Below, one piece after another: positions 51,253-61,428 of a DNA stretch of 64,000 nucleotides. How positions within the stretch are numbered: the stretch's first letter is position 1; each line of letters opens with the position of its first letter. The notes beneath the pieces are model-generated. The model was not told where the DNA came from, did no database searches, and saw only the letters and a list, made by a program, of their open reading frames with translations. This DNA comes from Candidatus Poribacteria bacterium (GTDB lineage: Bacteria > Poribacteria > WGA-4E > PCPOR2b), in the NCBI GenBank assembly GCA_965198175.1, contig OZ240245.1, positions 960,001 through 1,024,000 of the forward strand, written 5' to 3'. Position numbers and translations under genes: made by a program.

Positions 51253-51789
51253 TTATAGCCTTCCATTTTTTGCGTCAGACATTTCTTTAAGTCGAGCCAT
51301 TTGGAAGGCCCCTGTATAATTCTGGCTGGTATAGAAACCGATGAATTTTTCCTCTGTTGCCCGACCGATCCAATCGTAAACACCGCCGTCTTTTTCCCCG
51401 AGGTCCACGCTGCCTTTGAAAAGGACGACATCCCCTGTCCGGTGTCCAAGCATTTGTATTGTATACTTATAGGGGCGACCACATTCACCCTCAAATGTCG
51501 CTTCCCACTTATCGGGAGTTAACGCCACCACGTGGCAAACTAACTGCCGCTGTGTATCCTGAGCAGCGGTTCTTGTCTGATTTGGATGAAATACACCCCA
51601 CGTCCCGCCCCACTCCCCGCTGATACTAGGTTGCTCAACCTTCTTTACGGACATAGCGCGCTGTTTACCCACCTCGCTGTATTTTAACTGCGAGGATTTG
51701 TCTGAATGGGTACAACCGACCCCAAATATCACGGCAAGGGCTGCTGCCCAAAAAACACTCTGAGGGCAAAGCAGTTCTCTATTTTTCAT
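51253..51789 (-). CDS. Hypothetical lipoprotein (beta-barrel-like)
   Basis: AAGGAGG RBS, lipobox GVGC, W.GTW...W.ATF.G. Confidence 0.7.
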   Translation of the reverse strand: MKNRELLCPQSVFWAAALAVIFGVGCTHSDKSSQLKYSEVGKQRAMSVKKVEQPSISGEWGGTWGVFHPNQTRTAAQDTQRQLVCHVVALTPDKWEATFEGECGRPYKYTIQMLGHRTGDVVLFKGSVDLGEKDGGVYDWIGRATEEKFIGFYTSQNYTGAFQMARLKEMSDAKNGRL

Positions 51790-51836
51790 TATTCAAGCCT
51801 CCTTACGTAAAACGTGAGAGTAGACACCATGATTCA

Positions 51837-52040
51837 TTAGGAATCAGAAACTGTCGTTCCGGCTTCCGGAAACCTAATACCTGCTTTGAAAATAGGAAAT
51901 GTGCAAAAAGGAGTTGTAGAACATTCTGTTAGGTATGCTGTGCGCAATCTCGCGAGTTCATCTGTGAGATGGGACGCAAAGCTATCCCACGGAAGAAATC
52001 CCAATATTAGATGGTTCGATAGTCTGGTTGTCTCCATCAA
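51837..52040 (-). CDS. Possible small hypothetical protein
   Basis: Strong AGGAGG upstream; no recognisable family. Confidence 0.25.
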   Translation of the reverse strand: MMETTRLSNHLILGFLPWDSFASHLTDELARLRTAYLTECSTTPFCTFPIFKAGIRFPEAGTTVSDS

Positions 52041-52186
52041 ATCATCCCCTCCTGGTGTCGGAGGCAGAGTTTGCCGTGAGTGAACGTTGGAACTTGCGTA
52101 CGTCTGTCCATGGGAATCAAACTTGGTAGCGAATTAAGCACTGCATAATTAGGCTGCAATTGAATGTGAGGACGTGGCATGGGCTG

Positions 52187-53110
52187 TTAAGCTTCAATTC
52201 CTAATTTAGGAGTCTCCAATTCATCTAGAGTTTGATGAAGATCGCGTGGGAGTGGACCTGCCTGGACTGCGGCGACACTTTCTTCCAACTCTTCGGGTGT
52301 CGAAGCACCGACTAGAATTGTTGTGATGCACGGGTCAGCTATCAGGTAGCGGATCGTCAGTTCGATCAAAGACAAACCGCACGCTACCTGTAATTCGTTC
52401 AGTCGGATATCGGAACTCCGACCCTGATCAGCTCCAATGGTTTTAAACACGCCCACGGGAATGTAAGCGGTCCCCTTCTTCCGAGCTAATGGCAGCACAG
52501 TTCGAAGTGCATTTCGGCACAGTAGGGTGTATTCATAAGCCACAAGACATACATCCACCTCGACCTCGCGTAGAACACAAGCTATTTCCTCCGCGTGGTC
52601 CGAGGTGATTCCGAGGAAACGACAGATTCCTTGTGCTTTTGCTTCGAAAAGAACCTCCATCACCGGGGCATCTGCGAAATCATGAGTCTCATCAAGGCTT
52701 AATAGTTGTTCTTCCGGAACGCCGGTCTTCCACCAACAAGCTGACTCAGCGAGATGGATTTGCAGGATGTCCACATGGCTCCGTCGTAACGTCCGTAGAC
52801 TCTCCCAAAGCTGGGAGCGGAGCGCATCCGGCGACCGATAGGCTGCTGGTTCAGCGAGGAAGCCAATCTTCGTCGCCAGTAAATAAGGCTCCGTGCGCCC
52901 TTCGAGAGCATTACCGAGAATCACTTGGGATGCCCCCTGACCATAGACTGGTGCGGTGTCGAAGTAGTTAATCCCAAGCTCAAGCGCCCGATGTACAGTG
53001 GCGATGCCATGCGCCAAAGAGTGCTTGTCAAGGTAGCCCCCGCCCAGTCCGATAACGGTGACCTGTTCACCGGTCTGTCCGTAAGGGCGACGTTCGAGCG
53101 TCCCCGTCAC
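52187..53110 (-). CDS. Aldo/keto reductase
   Basis: GINYFDTAPVYG, LATK, SLRTL...VDILQIH, ILVGA. Confidence 0.9.
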   Translation of the reverse strand: MTGTLERRPYGQTGEQVTVIGLGGGYLDKHSLAHGIATVHRALELGINYFDTAPVYGQGASQVILGNALEGRTEPYLLATKIGFLAEPAAYRSPDALRSQLWESLRTLRRSHVDILQIHLAESACWWKTGVPEEQLLSLDETHDFADAPVMEVLFEAKAQGICRFLGITSDHAEEIACVLREVEVDVCLVAYEYTLLCRNALRTVLPLARKKGTAYIPVGVFKTIGADQGRSSDIRLNELQVACGLSLIELTIRYLIADPCITTILVGASTPEELEESVAAVQAGPLPRDLHQTLDELETPKLGIEA

Positions 53111-53352
53111 TGTTGCAACCTCCCCATGCTATCGCATAACTATGGCGTATCTTCCGAGCAGTCACCTTGATGTGTCGCCATAATCTAGGCTAGGAAGTCT
53201 GTCCTATAGATATTGTCAATACCTATCTCAACGACACATTCAAAACTTATTATATTTGAGCTTGTTTATGCTGTCAACGTTAAAACAGAAGGCATCAACC
53301 AATACCATACATACAGAAATCGTCAAGTCTTCTCTTAGCATCAAGCGGAAAC

Positions 53353-54324
53353 TTACGGCAGCACGATTCGTCGACTTTCGTGCATTGATTGCTCGGCTGA
53401 AAGGCTAACTTTGATTGCTTCAAGCGCAGTTGCCGCGTCCGCATGTGCTGCGACTGTATCGCCGTCCTGGATTTCGCTCAACCATAGCTCCTGGAGTGAA
53501 ATACTCGGTGCATCAAGCGGCTGAACTTCCTCAATTTCCAATCTGCTCGAACAGCGCCAACCGTCTTCATTGAAAATTGTTCCACCTGTCAAGACGTAGT
53601 GTTGGCGCTGCTCTGCCGCTTTTATTTCAATGCCACCAGCCCACGTCCATTGTCCAATACCTCCTGCCTTGAACCCAACATTAACGGTATTCACAAATCG
53701 ATCGTATGTCCCTTGATCCGTTAAACCTTCGTAAACTGCCCCTCCTTCAACCCACGAGACACTACCAAAGAGATCGACTACCGGGTAGATTTGATAAACA
53801 AAGAAGTGCGCCGGCGGCCCCGACACAGACAGATTGAACAAAATCTCGGGGCGGGCTCCACGCCCCGGTGTGAGGCGAAAAAAGGACGTAAAAAGCAGAT
53901 TGCCAAGTCCTTGGCATTTCCGTTTAATCGCTTGGTGCAAATTTGACACAATTTCAGGATGGGAGATGCGCAACACACGTTTATTGGATTTCGCCAACTC
54001 AATCGCTTCCTCCCCTTCCCTAATTGACCGCGCGAGCGGATATTCGGTAAAAACGTGTTTGTCAGCACCCAACGCTCCAATAGCAATTTCGCCATGACTA
54101 TCGTTATGGGTGGTAACTACAACGCCATCCAGATTCTCACGCTCAACAAGATCTTGCCAAGCCGGTACAAACTCCGCGTCGTATATCTTCGCTAATTGTG
54201 CACCTGTCTGAACATTCCTCGATGCAATGGCAACGACCTCAGCGGCATCAAGCCCGGCAAATTGTTCTGCGTGGCTTCCCGCCATGCCGCCGGATCCAAC
54301 GATACCAATTCTGATTTTGGACAT
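53353..54324 (-). CDS. Gfo/Idh/MocA-family oxidoreductase
   Basis: IGIVGSGGMA, KHVFTEYP. Confidence 0.85.
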   Translation of the reverse strand: MSKIRIGIVGSGGMAGSHAEQFAGLDAAEVVAIASRNVQTGAQLAKIYDAEFVPAWQDLVERENLDGVVVTTHNDSHGEIAIGALGADKHVFTEYPLARSIREGEEAIELAKSNKRVLRISHPEIVSNLHQAIKRKCQGLGNLLFTSFFRLTPGRGARPEILFNLSVSGPPAHFFVYQIYPVVDLFGSVSWVEGGAVYEGLTDQGTYDRFVNTVNVGFKAGGIGQWTWAGGIEIKAAEQRQHYVLTGGTIFNEDGWRCSSRLEIEEVQPLDAPSISLQELWLSEIQDGDTVAAHADAATALEAIKVSLSAEQSMHESRRIVLP

Positions 54325-54390
54325 GTCTCACCCTGATTATGGCAAATGAATTTGTTTAATTTTGGCGGAGACTTTCACTCTAACAACTGA

Positions 54391-55218
54391 TTAGTCGCTT
54401 TTTGCTGTCCTCATTAACCTCTCAATCTGTTCAGCAAACTTGACTGCACTATTATCTTCAGGTTCATAACCGATAATTTTACGAGCGTTCACGATGCTCC
54501 AGAATCCGTGCGAATTACCGCTAGTCCCGTAGAAGATTTGAAACGGGATTCCATTGTCATCTTCGATGTTTTCGGTTTCAATGCTTTTAATGAAGAGTTG
54601 TGCTTGATCCCGTGCGCTCAAGTAGGCGCCAAGCCCCCGGTGGATACGCTTTAACTGATTTGGTTCAACTTCATCAAGAATCGTTTCTCGAGGGGCACCG
54701 ATTCGAAGCTGTACATTCTGCAGCTTTTTGCCATTGACATGCCCCGTCGCAAACACAAAACCAAGATGCTCATACGCCTCTTTTGCCCAACCGTAGAAGT
54801 TGTCAGACAGTGGGCGCATATCCGGCGTCACAACGTCCCATTCATCCGCCCAGATTAACCGTTCATAGTAATCTGCAGCGTGATTTGAACTACAAACAAC
54901 CACTCGCCGAATGTCCTCCTCAAGGCAGGTCTGATAAACATTGTACGCCATCTGAACGTTTGCAGACTCGTCCTCAAAGCCTCCGCGTTTGAAGGCGCAA
55001 TGTACAGCGACATCAACATCTTTGAAATAGTGGCGGTATGTGTCGCGATTGGGGTCAGTTAGATCTGCAATCTGAACACCATCGACTGTCTTATTGTCCC
55101 GATTGGTCGTTTTGACATCGAGCAACACAAGATTGTACCGTTCACGGAAGGTGGGTAACATTCTTCCTGCGATATATCCCGATGCACCAGTTACGAGAAC
55201 TTTTCTTTTGTCGGTCAT
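54391..55218 (-). CDS. NAD-dependent epimerase/dehydrogenase (uronate dehydrogenase-like SDR)
   Basis: TGASGYIA, SSNHA, YGWAK, LRIG, S.RD. Confidence 0.85.
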   Translation of the reverse strand: MTDKRKVLVTGASGYIAGRMLPTFRERYNLVLLDVKTTNRDNKTVDGVQIADLTDPNRDTYRHYFKDVDVAVHCAFKRGGFEDESANVQMAYNVYQTCLEEDIRRVVVCSSNHAADYYERLIWADEWDVVTPDMRPLSDNFYGWAKEAYEHLGFVFATGHVNGKKLQNVQLRIGAPRETILDEVEPNQLKRIHRGLGAYLSARDQAQLFIKSIETENIEDDNGIPFQIFYGTSGNSHGFWSIVNARKIIGYEPEDNSAVKFAEQIERLMRTAKSD

Positions 55219-55279
55219 ACCCGCATACCTTACTTAATGTGTTAAGTTTGAGATTAATGCGTCAATCTGCCGCTATTTG

Positions 55280-56560
55280 TCACTCTTTAACGGTAGTTCT
55301 CCCTGTTACATCTAAACAGACCAGTTCCTCGTGGTTTCGCACGTAAAGTCTACCACCGGCGAGCGTTGGCGCGGTCCAACATTTGCCTTCTAAGAGTTGA
55401 ACTTCCCCTTTTTCTTTATATTGCAACGGTGTTGCTTCGACCAACGCGAGTCTGCCCTCATCGCCGAGGACTATTAGATTTCCGTCAGCAAAAATCAGAC
55501 TGCCCTTGCCGAAGCCGCGCGCCACCCATTGTTCCGCGCCAGTATTGGCTTCAATACATTTCAAGATGGCGTTGTCAAAACCATATAGATAGTTGCCGTG
55601 AAGCACTGATGCATTGAAGTGATTCTTCATCACGCGGCTCTTCCACACCTCATCAACCGTGACCGCACCACCGTCGGATTTCATTTTGACAAGGACAGCG
55701 CCTTTGTCGTAAGAAGCGGAGACGAAAATTTGACTTTCAGGAATGAAGAGCGGTGTAGCTATATTTATACCTTCGGGCCAGAGATATTTCCAGTAGATTT
55801 TTCCATCTGTTGGCGATACAGAAACAGGACCTTGTGATGTGAAAATTATGATTTGCCGAATTCCATTGAATGTAATGGCAATTGGCGATGAGTACCCAGG
55901 TTCGTCGGTAGGGGATGTCCAAACCAAATCACCACTCTTTTTGTCGAAAGCTACGACAGATTTTCCATCCTTGCCCCCGACTTCAACCACAAGTAGATTG
56001 GCTTCAACAAGCGGTGATGTGGCGAACCCCCACCCCGGGATTTTGCTTCCAAACTCGTCAACCAAATCATGTTCCCATAATCTTTCGCCATTTCTAGCAT
56101 CTAAAGCGTGGAGTTTCCCTTTCGACCCCAGCGCAAAAACCGCATCCTCATTCACCGTTGGCGTTGAACGCGGGCCATCGCCATGCTCGTTAGTGAATTT
56201 GGAATCAGTGCGAAAACGCCACAACTCTTCTCCATTGGACGCATTCAGACAGACCACAAACTCATCTTCCTCTGGGGCGAACATGGTGTAGAGACGTCCG
56301 CCCGAAATGGAGATTCCCGAATAGCCGTGTCCAAAAGGGATTCGCCATAAGACTTTGGGCCCATCTTGCTGCCAACTATTGAGAAGCCCGGTTTCTTGGG
56401 AAACCCCGTCCCGATTGGGTCCCCGCCACTGAGACCATTCGATTCTTGAGCCGTTTCCCAATGCCGTGGTCAGCATGCTGTTACTGAAATGCCACATTAA
56501 AATCAGCAACGCCGCTGCGAAAAGTGTACTCACTTGGTTAAGTCGCCTTTTGTTTTTAAT
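55280..56560 (-). CDS. Secreted PQQ-like beta-propeller protein (probable ATT start; GTG 56533 alternative)
   Basis: WSQWRGPNRDG, GPRSTP, YSSP, CWTAP; AAGGAGGG 7 nt before in-frame ATT. Confidence 0.85.
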   Translation of the reverse strand: MKNKRRLNQVSTLFAAALLILMWHFSNSMLTTALGNGSRIEWSQWRGPNRDGVSQETGLLNSWQQDGPKVLWRIPFGHGYSGISISGGRLYTMFAPEEDEFVVCLNASNGEELWRFRTDSKFTNEHGDGPRSTPTVNEDAVFALGSKGKLHALDARNGERLWEHDLVDEFGSKIPGWGFATSPLVEANLLVVEVGGKDGKSVVAFDKKSGDLVWTSPTDEPGYSSPIAITFNGIRQIIIFTSQGPVSVSPTDGKIYWKYLWPEGINIATPLFIPESQIFVSASYDKGAVLVKMKSDGGAVTVDEVWKSRVMKNHFNASVLHGNYLYGFDNAILKCIEANTGAEQWVARGFGKGSLIFADGNLIVLGDEGRLALVEATPLQYKEKGEVQLLEGKCWTAPTLAGGRLYVRNHEELVCLDVTGRTTVKE

Positions 56561-57030
56561 TGGTTAACCCTCCTTCTCTGAATTGACAATTGCCGAGTTA
56601 AGCGTACCGAGAAACGATGTTAATTGAGGCAATGAGGTGAATAAATCCCAACATCCCATAATTGCATCTGGAAATCCAAATACTGTACATCGTCAGGGTA
56701 GTATACACAAAAAAGCCACGATTTTCCATAGACTTTTTTTTACCCATCGTTTGTGTGCTCGTGGACGTATCATAATCACGCTTGTACGGCTACTGTACAG
56801 GTAGTTGTGGGAAACACTATTATTCAGTTTTGCGAACGAACGCTTTCACATTTGACGGTATCAAGCAAGAAACATTATAATTTGGTAGTTCTTTCTGATA
56901 CCGAGTTTGTATTCAACATACCCCATTACTTCCAATACATTAACAATGAATTTTTTTTTTGCTTCACAGGTGAGATTTGAGCGATGGCATTCGTCTAACA
57001 TCCACACAGCAATGGTAAAGGGAGAAAGCC

Positions 57031-59811
57031 ATGCGAACGGAAGATGGTTATATCATTCAGAAATGCCTTGATGGAGATGTCGCTGCGTTTGGCTTGCTCG
57101 TTGACAAGTACAAAGGCAGCGTCTACGCGTTGGCTTATACGAAACTCGGTAACTTCCACGATGCCCAGGACATAACTCAGGAGGTCTTTCTCAAGGCATA
57201 TCAGAAACTTCGCACGTTGCAACAGTGGGACAAGTTTCTGTCATGGTTATACGCGATCACTTCCAATTTGTGCAAAGATTTTTTGCGTTCTAAGGCGAGT
57301 CGTCCTGACGGAGAGTACGTTGCCGACCAAGAAAAAGAGCGCTTGGACAGGATTTCAATGTGCTCTTATCAAGATGACCAAATCCATTTAACGCTCCAAG
57401 AAGCCCTGTCTGGGTTGCCCGAGATACATCGGCAAGTCTTAACCCTCCACTATTTGGGAGGGATGAGTTGCCGAGAGATTGCGCAATTTCTTGGAGCCTC
57501 TCCCCATGCGATTGCCATGCGACTCAACCGCGCACGCGCTAAATTGAGGAAGGAGATGTTGGCGATGATGAACACTAGTTTTGAACAACAAAAGCTTCAT
57601 CCAGCTTTTACTCTTAACATCGTTGAAGTCATTCAGCGAACCCGAATCCAATCGAATCCGCAGACACCTGCCGTTCCCATAGGTATTGCCGCAGCTACCT
57701 TACTGACGCTATCAATGTTGTGTCTCATCGTGCCCTTCGATCGAGTTCCGGCGGTCGGTAAGTTGGTCGGCGCACCGATCTCAAGCGAAACCAAAATCAC
57801 GGAGGTCGGCGAGATGCCAGTGGATGTGGTCATGCTTTCGGAGACATCAATTGTTTCAAGTGGTGATGGCAAAAAGGATTTGATGAAAAATTCTCAACCG
57901 ACCAACGAGGTGCGGGCGGCAAACGCTCACACCGAAGTGAAAACCGACAGTCGAAATGAACCGATGGCTCGTCTCGGCAACGGCACAGTTCATAAAATAG
58001 CCTATTCCCCAGATGGCAAGCTGATTGCTGTCATGGGGGCTATTGGTATTTGGCTCTATGACGCCGAAACACTTACGGAAGTTGGAATGATATCGGGAGG
58101 TACGGCTGCTATCGCTTTCAGCCTAGACGGGCAGACATTGGCATCTGGGTCTCGGTCGGATCGAACGGTTCACCTATGGGACGTGCAAACTCAAAAGCGA
58201 GTTGGAAGTTTGCAATTCCCGGGTCGGAGAGGAGTAACAGCCCTTTCCTACTCACCTGATGGGAAAACATTGGCGGTCGGTTACGGAAATGGAGATATTG
58301 TTATGTGGGATCCAAAAACACATGAGAAAACTGCGCTCCTAGACACTAATTCAAGTGTTCTGTCGACTTTAGCTTTCAGTCCTAACGGAAAGCTGCTGGC
58401 TTCAGGAGGGTCTGAAGACCCAACAATTAGCCTCTGGGACGTGCAAACTCAGACGCTAATGGGCTCATTTGATGGACATACGCGTCACGATGGAGCGATA
58501 CCGGATTCTGAAGTCTCAGCGGTTGTTTTCAGTCCGGACGGAAAAACCTTGGCTTCGGGGAGCAGCATTGACGACACTGTACGCCTTTGGGATGTAGCGA
58601 ATCGGGCACAGATTGCCCTGTTAACGGAGCTAGAGACTGATGAATTGGAAAGCATAAACTCCGTTACCTTTAGCCCAAATGGCGCAATCTTGGCCTCCGC
58701 TAGCGATGACACCACTATCCGGCTGTGGGATGCCCATACTCAAAGACGGCTCGGTGTTATAGAGACAGATGCCGGTGGCGTGACTTCTATAGCTTTTCAT
58801 CCGGCGGATGGGAAAACCTTGGCGTCTTTGAACGGTCAGTTTGAGAGAGGTTTACGCAAGGGTGGAGATATGGCCCTTCGCCTTTGGAATGTGAAAACCC
58901 GTAAGCAAATCGCCGTGGCGCGGAATCACACCGCTGCGATTGAATCGGTGGCATTCAGTCCCGATGGAGCACTTCTAGCGTCGGCGCATCACGATGGTGT
59001 CGTTAGACTCTGGGATAGGCAGATTCAAAAGCAGATCGCAACACTAACAGGCCACAAAGCAGCGGTTAGATCTGTTACATTCAGTCCCGATGGGACACTC
59101 CTGGCCTCAGGTGGGAAAGACAGGGCACGGCTATGGAATGTTCGTAAGAGAAAGCAGATTGCAGCCTTTAAGCACAAAGAGATTGTGGAGTCGGTTGCGT
59201 TTAGCCCTGATGGGAAGACCTTGGCTTCGGTTGATGAAAGCTGTATTCGGCTTTGGGACACGCGTCGGAAGAGAGAGGTCGGCGCGTTAGGGAAGGAACC
59301 ACCACGCGAAGGGCCGATTCGATTTCGCAGCACCATACGGTCGGTGGTTTTCAGTCCGGACGGAACGTTGTTGGCATCAGGTGGAATTGACAATACGCTT
59401 CGCTTGTGGAACGTGCAGAAACGAAAGGAGATTTTCATGCACGAACGGGCTAAGTCGGGTGATATATTGGCTGTTACGTTTAGCCCTGATGGAAAAACCT
59501 TGGCTTCGGCGGGGACTCACAAGGAAATTAATTTGTGGCATGTAGCGGAACAGGAGTTAATCGCAACATTAAATACGCAGGCAATAATTTGGACACTCGC
59601 TTTCAGTCCTAAAGGGCGTTTTCTCGCTGCCGATGTCGGAGCGAAGATTCGTGTATGGGATATGAAAACCCTGGCAGAGGTGACCACCCTTGAAGGAGGT
59701 GTATGGCCGGTCTATTCAATCGTCTTCAGCTCTGACGGTAAAAAGGTCGTTGCGGGCAGCTTGGACGGCACCATCCGATTTTGGGATACCGCCGGGTTTC
59801 GGGACGATTGA
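57031..59811 (+). CDS. ECF-type sigma70 factor fused via a TM segment to a WD40-repeat domain
   Basis: DAQDITQEVFLKAY, WLYAIT.N, L.L.Y..GMS..EIA..LG; hydrophobic segment; about 13 FSPDG WD40 repeats. Confidence 0.88.
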   Translation: MRTEDGYIIQKCLDGDVAAFGLLVDKYKGSVYALAYTKLGNFHDAQDITQEVFLKAYQKLRTLQQWDKFLSWLYAITSNLCKDFLRSKASRPDGEYVADQEKERLDRISMCSYQDDQIHLTLQEALSGLPEIHRQVLTLHYLGGMSCREIAQFLGASPHAIAMRLNRARAKLRKEMLAMMNTSFEQQKLHPAFTLNIVEVIQRTRIQSNPQTPAVPIGIAAATLLTLSMLCLIVPFDRVPAVGKLVGAPISSETKITEVGEMPVDVVMLSETSIVSSGDGKKDLMKNSQPTNEVRAANAHTEVKTDSRNEPMARLGNGTVHKIAYSPDGKLIAVMGAIGIWLYDAETLTEVGMISGGTAAIAFSLDGQTLASGSRSDRTVHLWDVQTQKRVGSLQFPGRRGVTALSYSPDGKTLAVGYGNGDIVMWDPKTHEKTALLDTNSSVLSTLAFSPNGKLLASGGSEDPTISLWDVQTQTLMGSFDGHTRHDGAIPDSEVSAVVFSPDGKTLASGSSIDDTVRLWDVANRAQIALLTELETDELESINSVTFSPNGAILASASDDTTIRLWDAHTQRRLGVIETDAGGVTSIAFHPADGKTLASLNGQFERGLRKGGDMALRLWNVKTRKQIAVARNHTAAIESVAFSPDGALLASAHHDGVVRLWDRQIQKQIATLTGHKAAVRSVTFSPDGTLLASGGKDRARLWNVRKRKQIAAFKHKEIVESVAFSPDGKTLASVDESCIRLWDTRRKREVGALGKEPPREGPIRFRSTIRSVVFSPDGTLLASGGIDNTLRLWNVQKRKEIFMHERAKSGDILAVTFSPDGKTLASAGTHKEINLWHVAEQELIATLNTQAIIWTLAFSPKGRFLAADVGAKIRVWDMKTLAEVTTLEGGVWPVYSIVFSSDGKKVVAGSLDGTIRFWDTAGFRDD

Positions 59812-59828
59812 TCCCTTTCCTGAAGAAG

Positions 59829-59875
59829 AATACGCCTCCTAATGCCACGGATTATTCGGCATTAGGAGGCGTATT
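59829..59875. terminator. Long hairpin, probable bidirectional terminator
   Basis: 18-bp stem AATACGCCTCCTAATGCC/GGCATTAGGAGGCGTATT between convergent genes. Confidence 0.7.
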
Positions 59876-60162
59876 TATTGCGACAAATTTGTATTACAAA
59901 ATAATCGGTGAGATTGCGCCTCTCTCAATCCCGCAACCGTAAATGCCATTAGCCCCAAGTTTTATTGCCTGTCCCTTGACTCTTTCTTTTCCTAAGTTGA
60001 GGATTTTAAGCGACTCAAAACCCATTTTTCCAGTCCTGCGGTATTCTCAAAAAACCAACGCCGCAGATGAATTCGATTGTACAAAATCATAGCGACTCTA
60101 GTTGCCACTCATCGTCAGAAGAACCGAGTGCTTGTCTTAAGGGTTCTTAACGGAGTGGGAGC

Positions 60163-61356
60163 CTACTCGAAGACTTCAAGCTGGCCGTTCTCAACGATGA
60201 GTACAATCGGGTCGTATCCCGCGTCACCGACGGCGTTAAAAGAGAATTTACCCAGAACGGTGTCGAAATCTGTGATGTTCGCCAGTGCGTCCCGAATCGC
60301 GGTTGAATCGGTGGATTGGGCATCGGCAATCGCCTTGGCGAGAATATAGACAGCGGCATACGACTGCGCTGCCCAGGTGTTTGGGTCGACACCATATCTC
60401 GCCCGATAATTCTGGACGAAGGCTTGATTTCCGGGTGTCGAAGCGGTGCTAATCCAATTTGCAAAAGTAATCGCCCCCTCGGCAGCATCGCCCGAGGGTT
60501 GGATCTGATCCGAGGTCAGGGTAACGGTAATAAGGAAGGGAACATCGGCGGGAATATCAAGTTGGCGACTTTGAATCAGAACCTCTGGAGTCTCTGTAGG
60601 CGAAGCGGAGACAAAGATGGCATCCGGATTTGCCTCCTTTATCCGAGTTAATTGCGCGGAAAAGTCAGTATCGCCGGTTTGGAAGGTCTCTGTGGTCAGA
60701 ACTTCGACACCACTATCAGTGAGGGCTCCCTTCAACACCGCGTTACTATCGGTGGAGAAGAGATCGATTTCATCATATATGGTTGCCACTCTTTGGTAGC
60801 CGAGTTTCTCCCGAGTTATCCGGACGCCACTTGGAATCAGTACATCTGTAGTGAGACTGGTGCGAAAGATAAAATCGCCAATCGCGCTCAGACCGCGGGC
60901 GGCGGATGTCGGACTTATCGCCACAACCCCATTCTGTTGTGCGATTGGAAACGCCGCTTGAGCCTGAGTTGAGGTGGCGGGCCCGAGGATAGCAGACACA
61001 CTCTCCTGATCAATCAATTTATTGAAGCCTTCAACAGAGCCCTCAACGGTGCTCTGACCATCCTTGACGATGAGTTTGATTTTTACGTCGCTGAGTTGTG
61101 AGTTGTTAATCTCTGTGACAGCGAGTTCAAAGCCGTACCCCACCGGGGGAGCAGCCAAGCCGAGTCGTCCGGTGAGAGGGTAAACAGCACCGATGGCAAT
61201 CTCCCCTCTGAGACCTTCCATCTGAGGCGTCGCGGGAAGGAGAAGTTGCTGGATCTGGTCACAAGCGGAAAGCCCTGCAATCAGCGCGGCAACCGCCAAT
61301 ACAAACGCAAATCTGGTGAATCCTCTGAATTTATAGTTGCGCTTCCTTGTTTTCAT
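60163..61356 (-). CDS. LivJ/K-type ABC substrate-binding lipoprotein, copy 1
   Basis: Lipobox LSAC; IGAVYPLTG, ILGPATS, DTDFSAQLTRIK, AAQSY. Confidence 0.9.
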   Translation of the reverse strand: MKTRKRNYKFRGFTRFAFVLAVAALIAGLSACDQIQQLLLPATPQMEGLRGEIAIGAVYPLTGRLGLAAPPVGYGFELAVTEINNSQLSDVKIKLIVKDGQSTVEGSVEGFNKLIDQESVSAILGPATSTQAQAAFPIAQQNGVVAISPTSAARGLSAIGDFIFRTSLTTDVLIPSGVRITREKLGYQRVATIYDEIDLFSTDSNAVLKGALTDSGVEVLTTETFQTGDTDFSAQLTRIKEANPDAIFVSASPTETPEVLIQSRQLDIPADVPFLITVTLTSDQIQPSGDAAEGAITFANWISTASTPGNQAFVQNYRARYGVDPNTWAAQSYAAVYILAKAIADAQSTDSTAIRDALANITDFDTVLGKFSFNAVGDAGYDPIVLIVENGQLEVFE

Positions 61357-61428
61357 AGAAATCTTCCAATGGAGCGCCGTGTGTGTCGGTCAAAGACCGA
61401 GTTGCATGCCCTTCTGGCGTTTAGAGGA

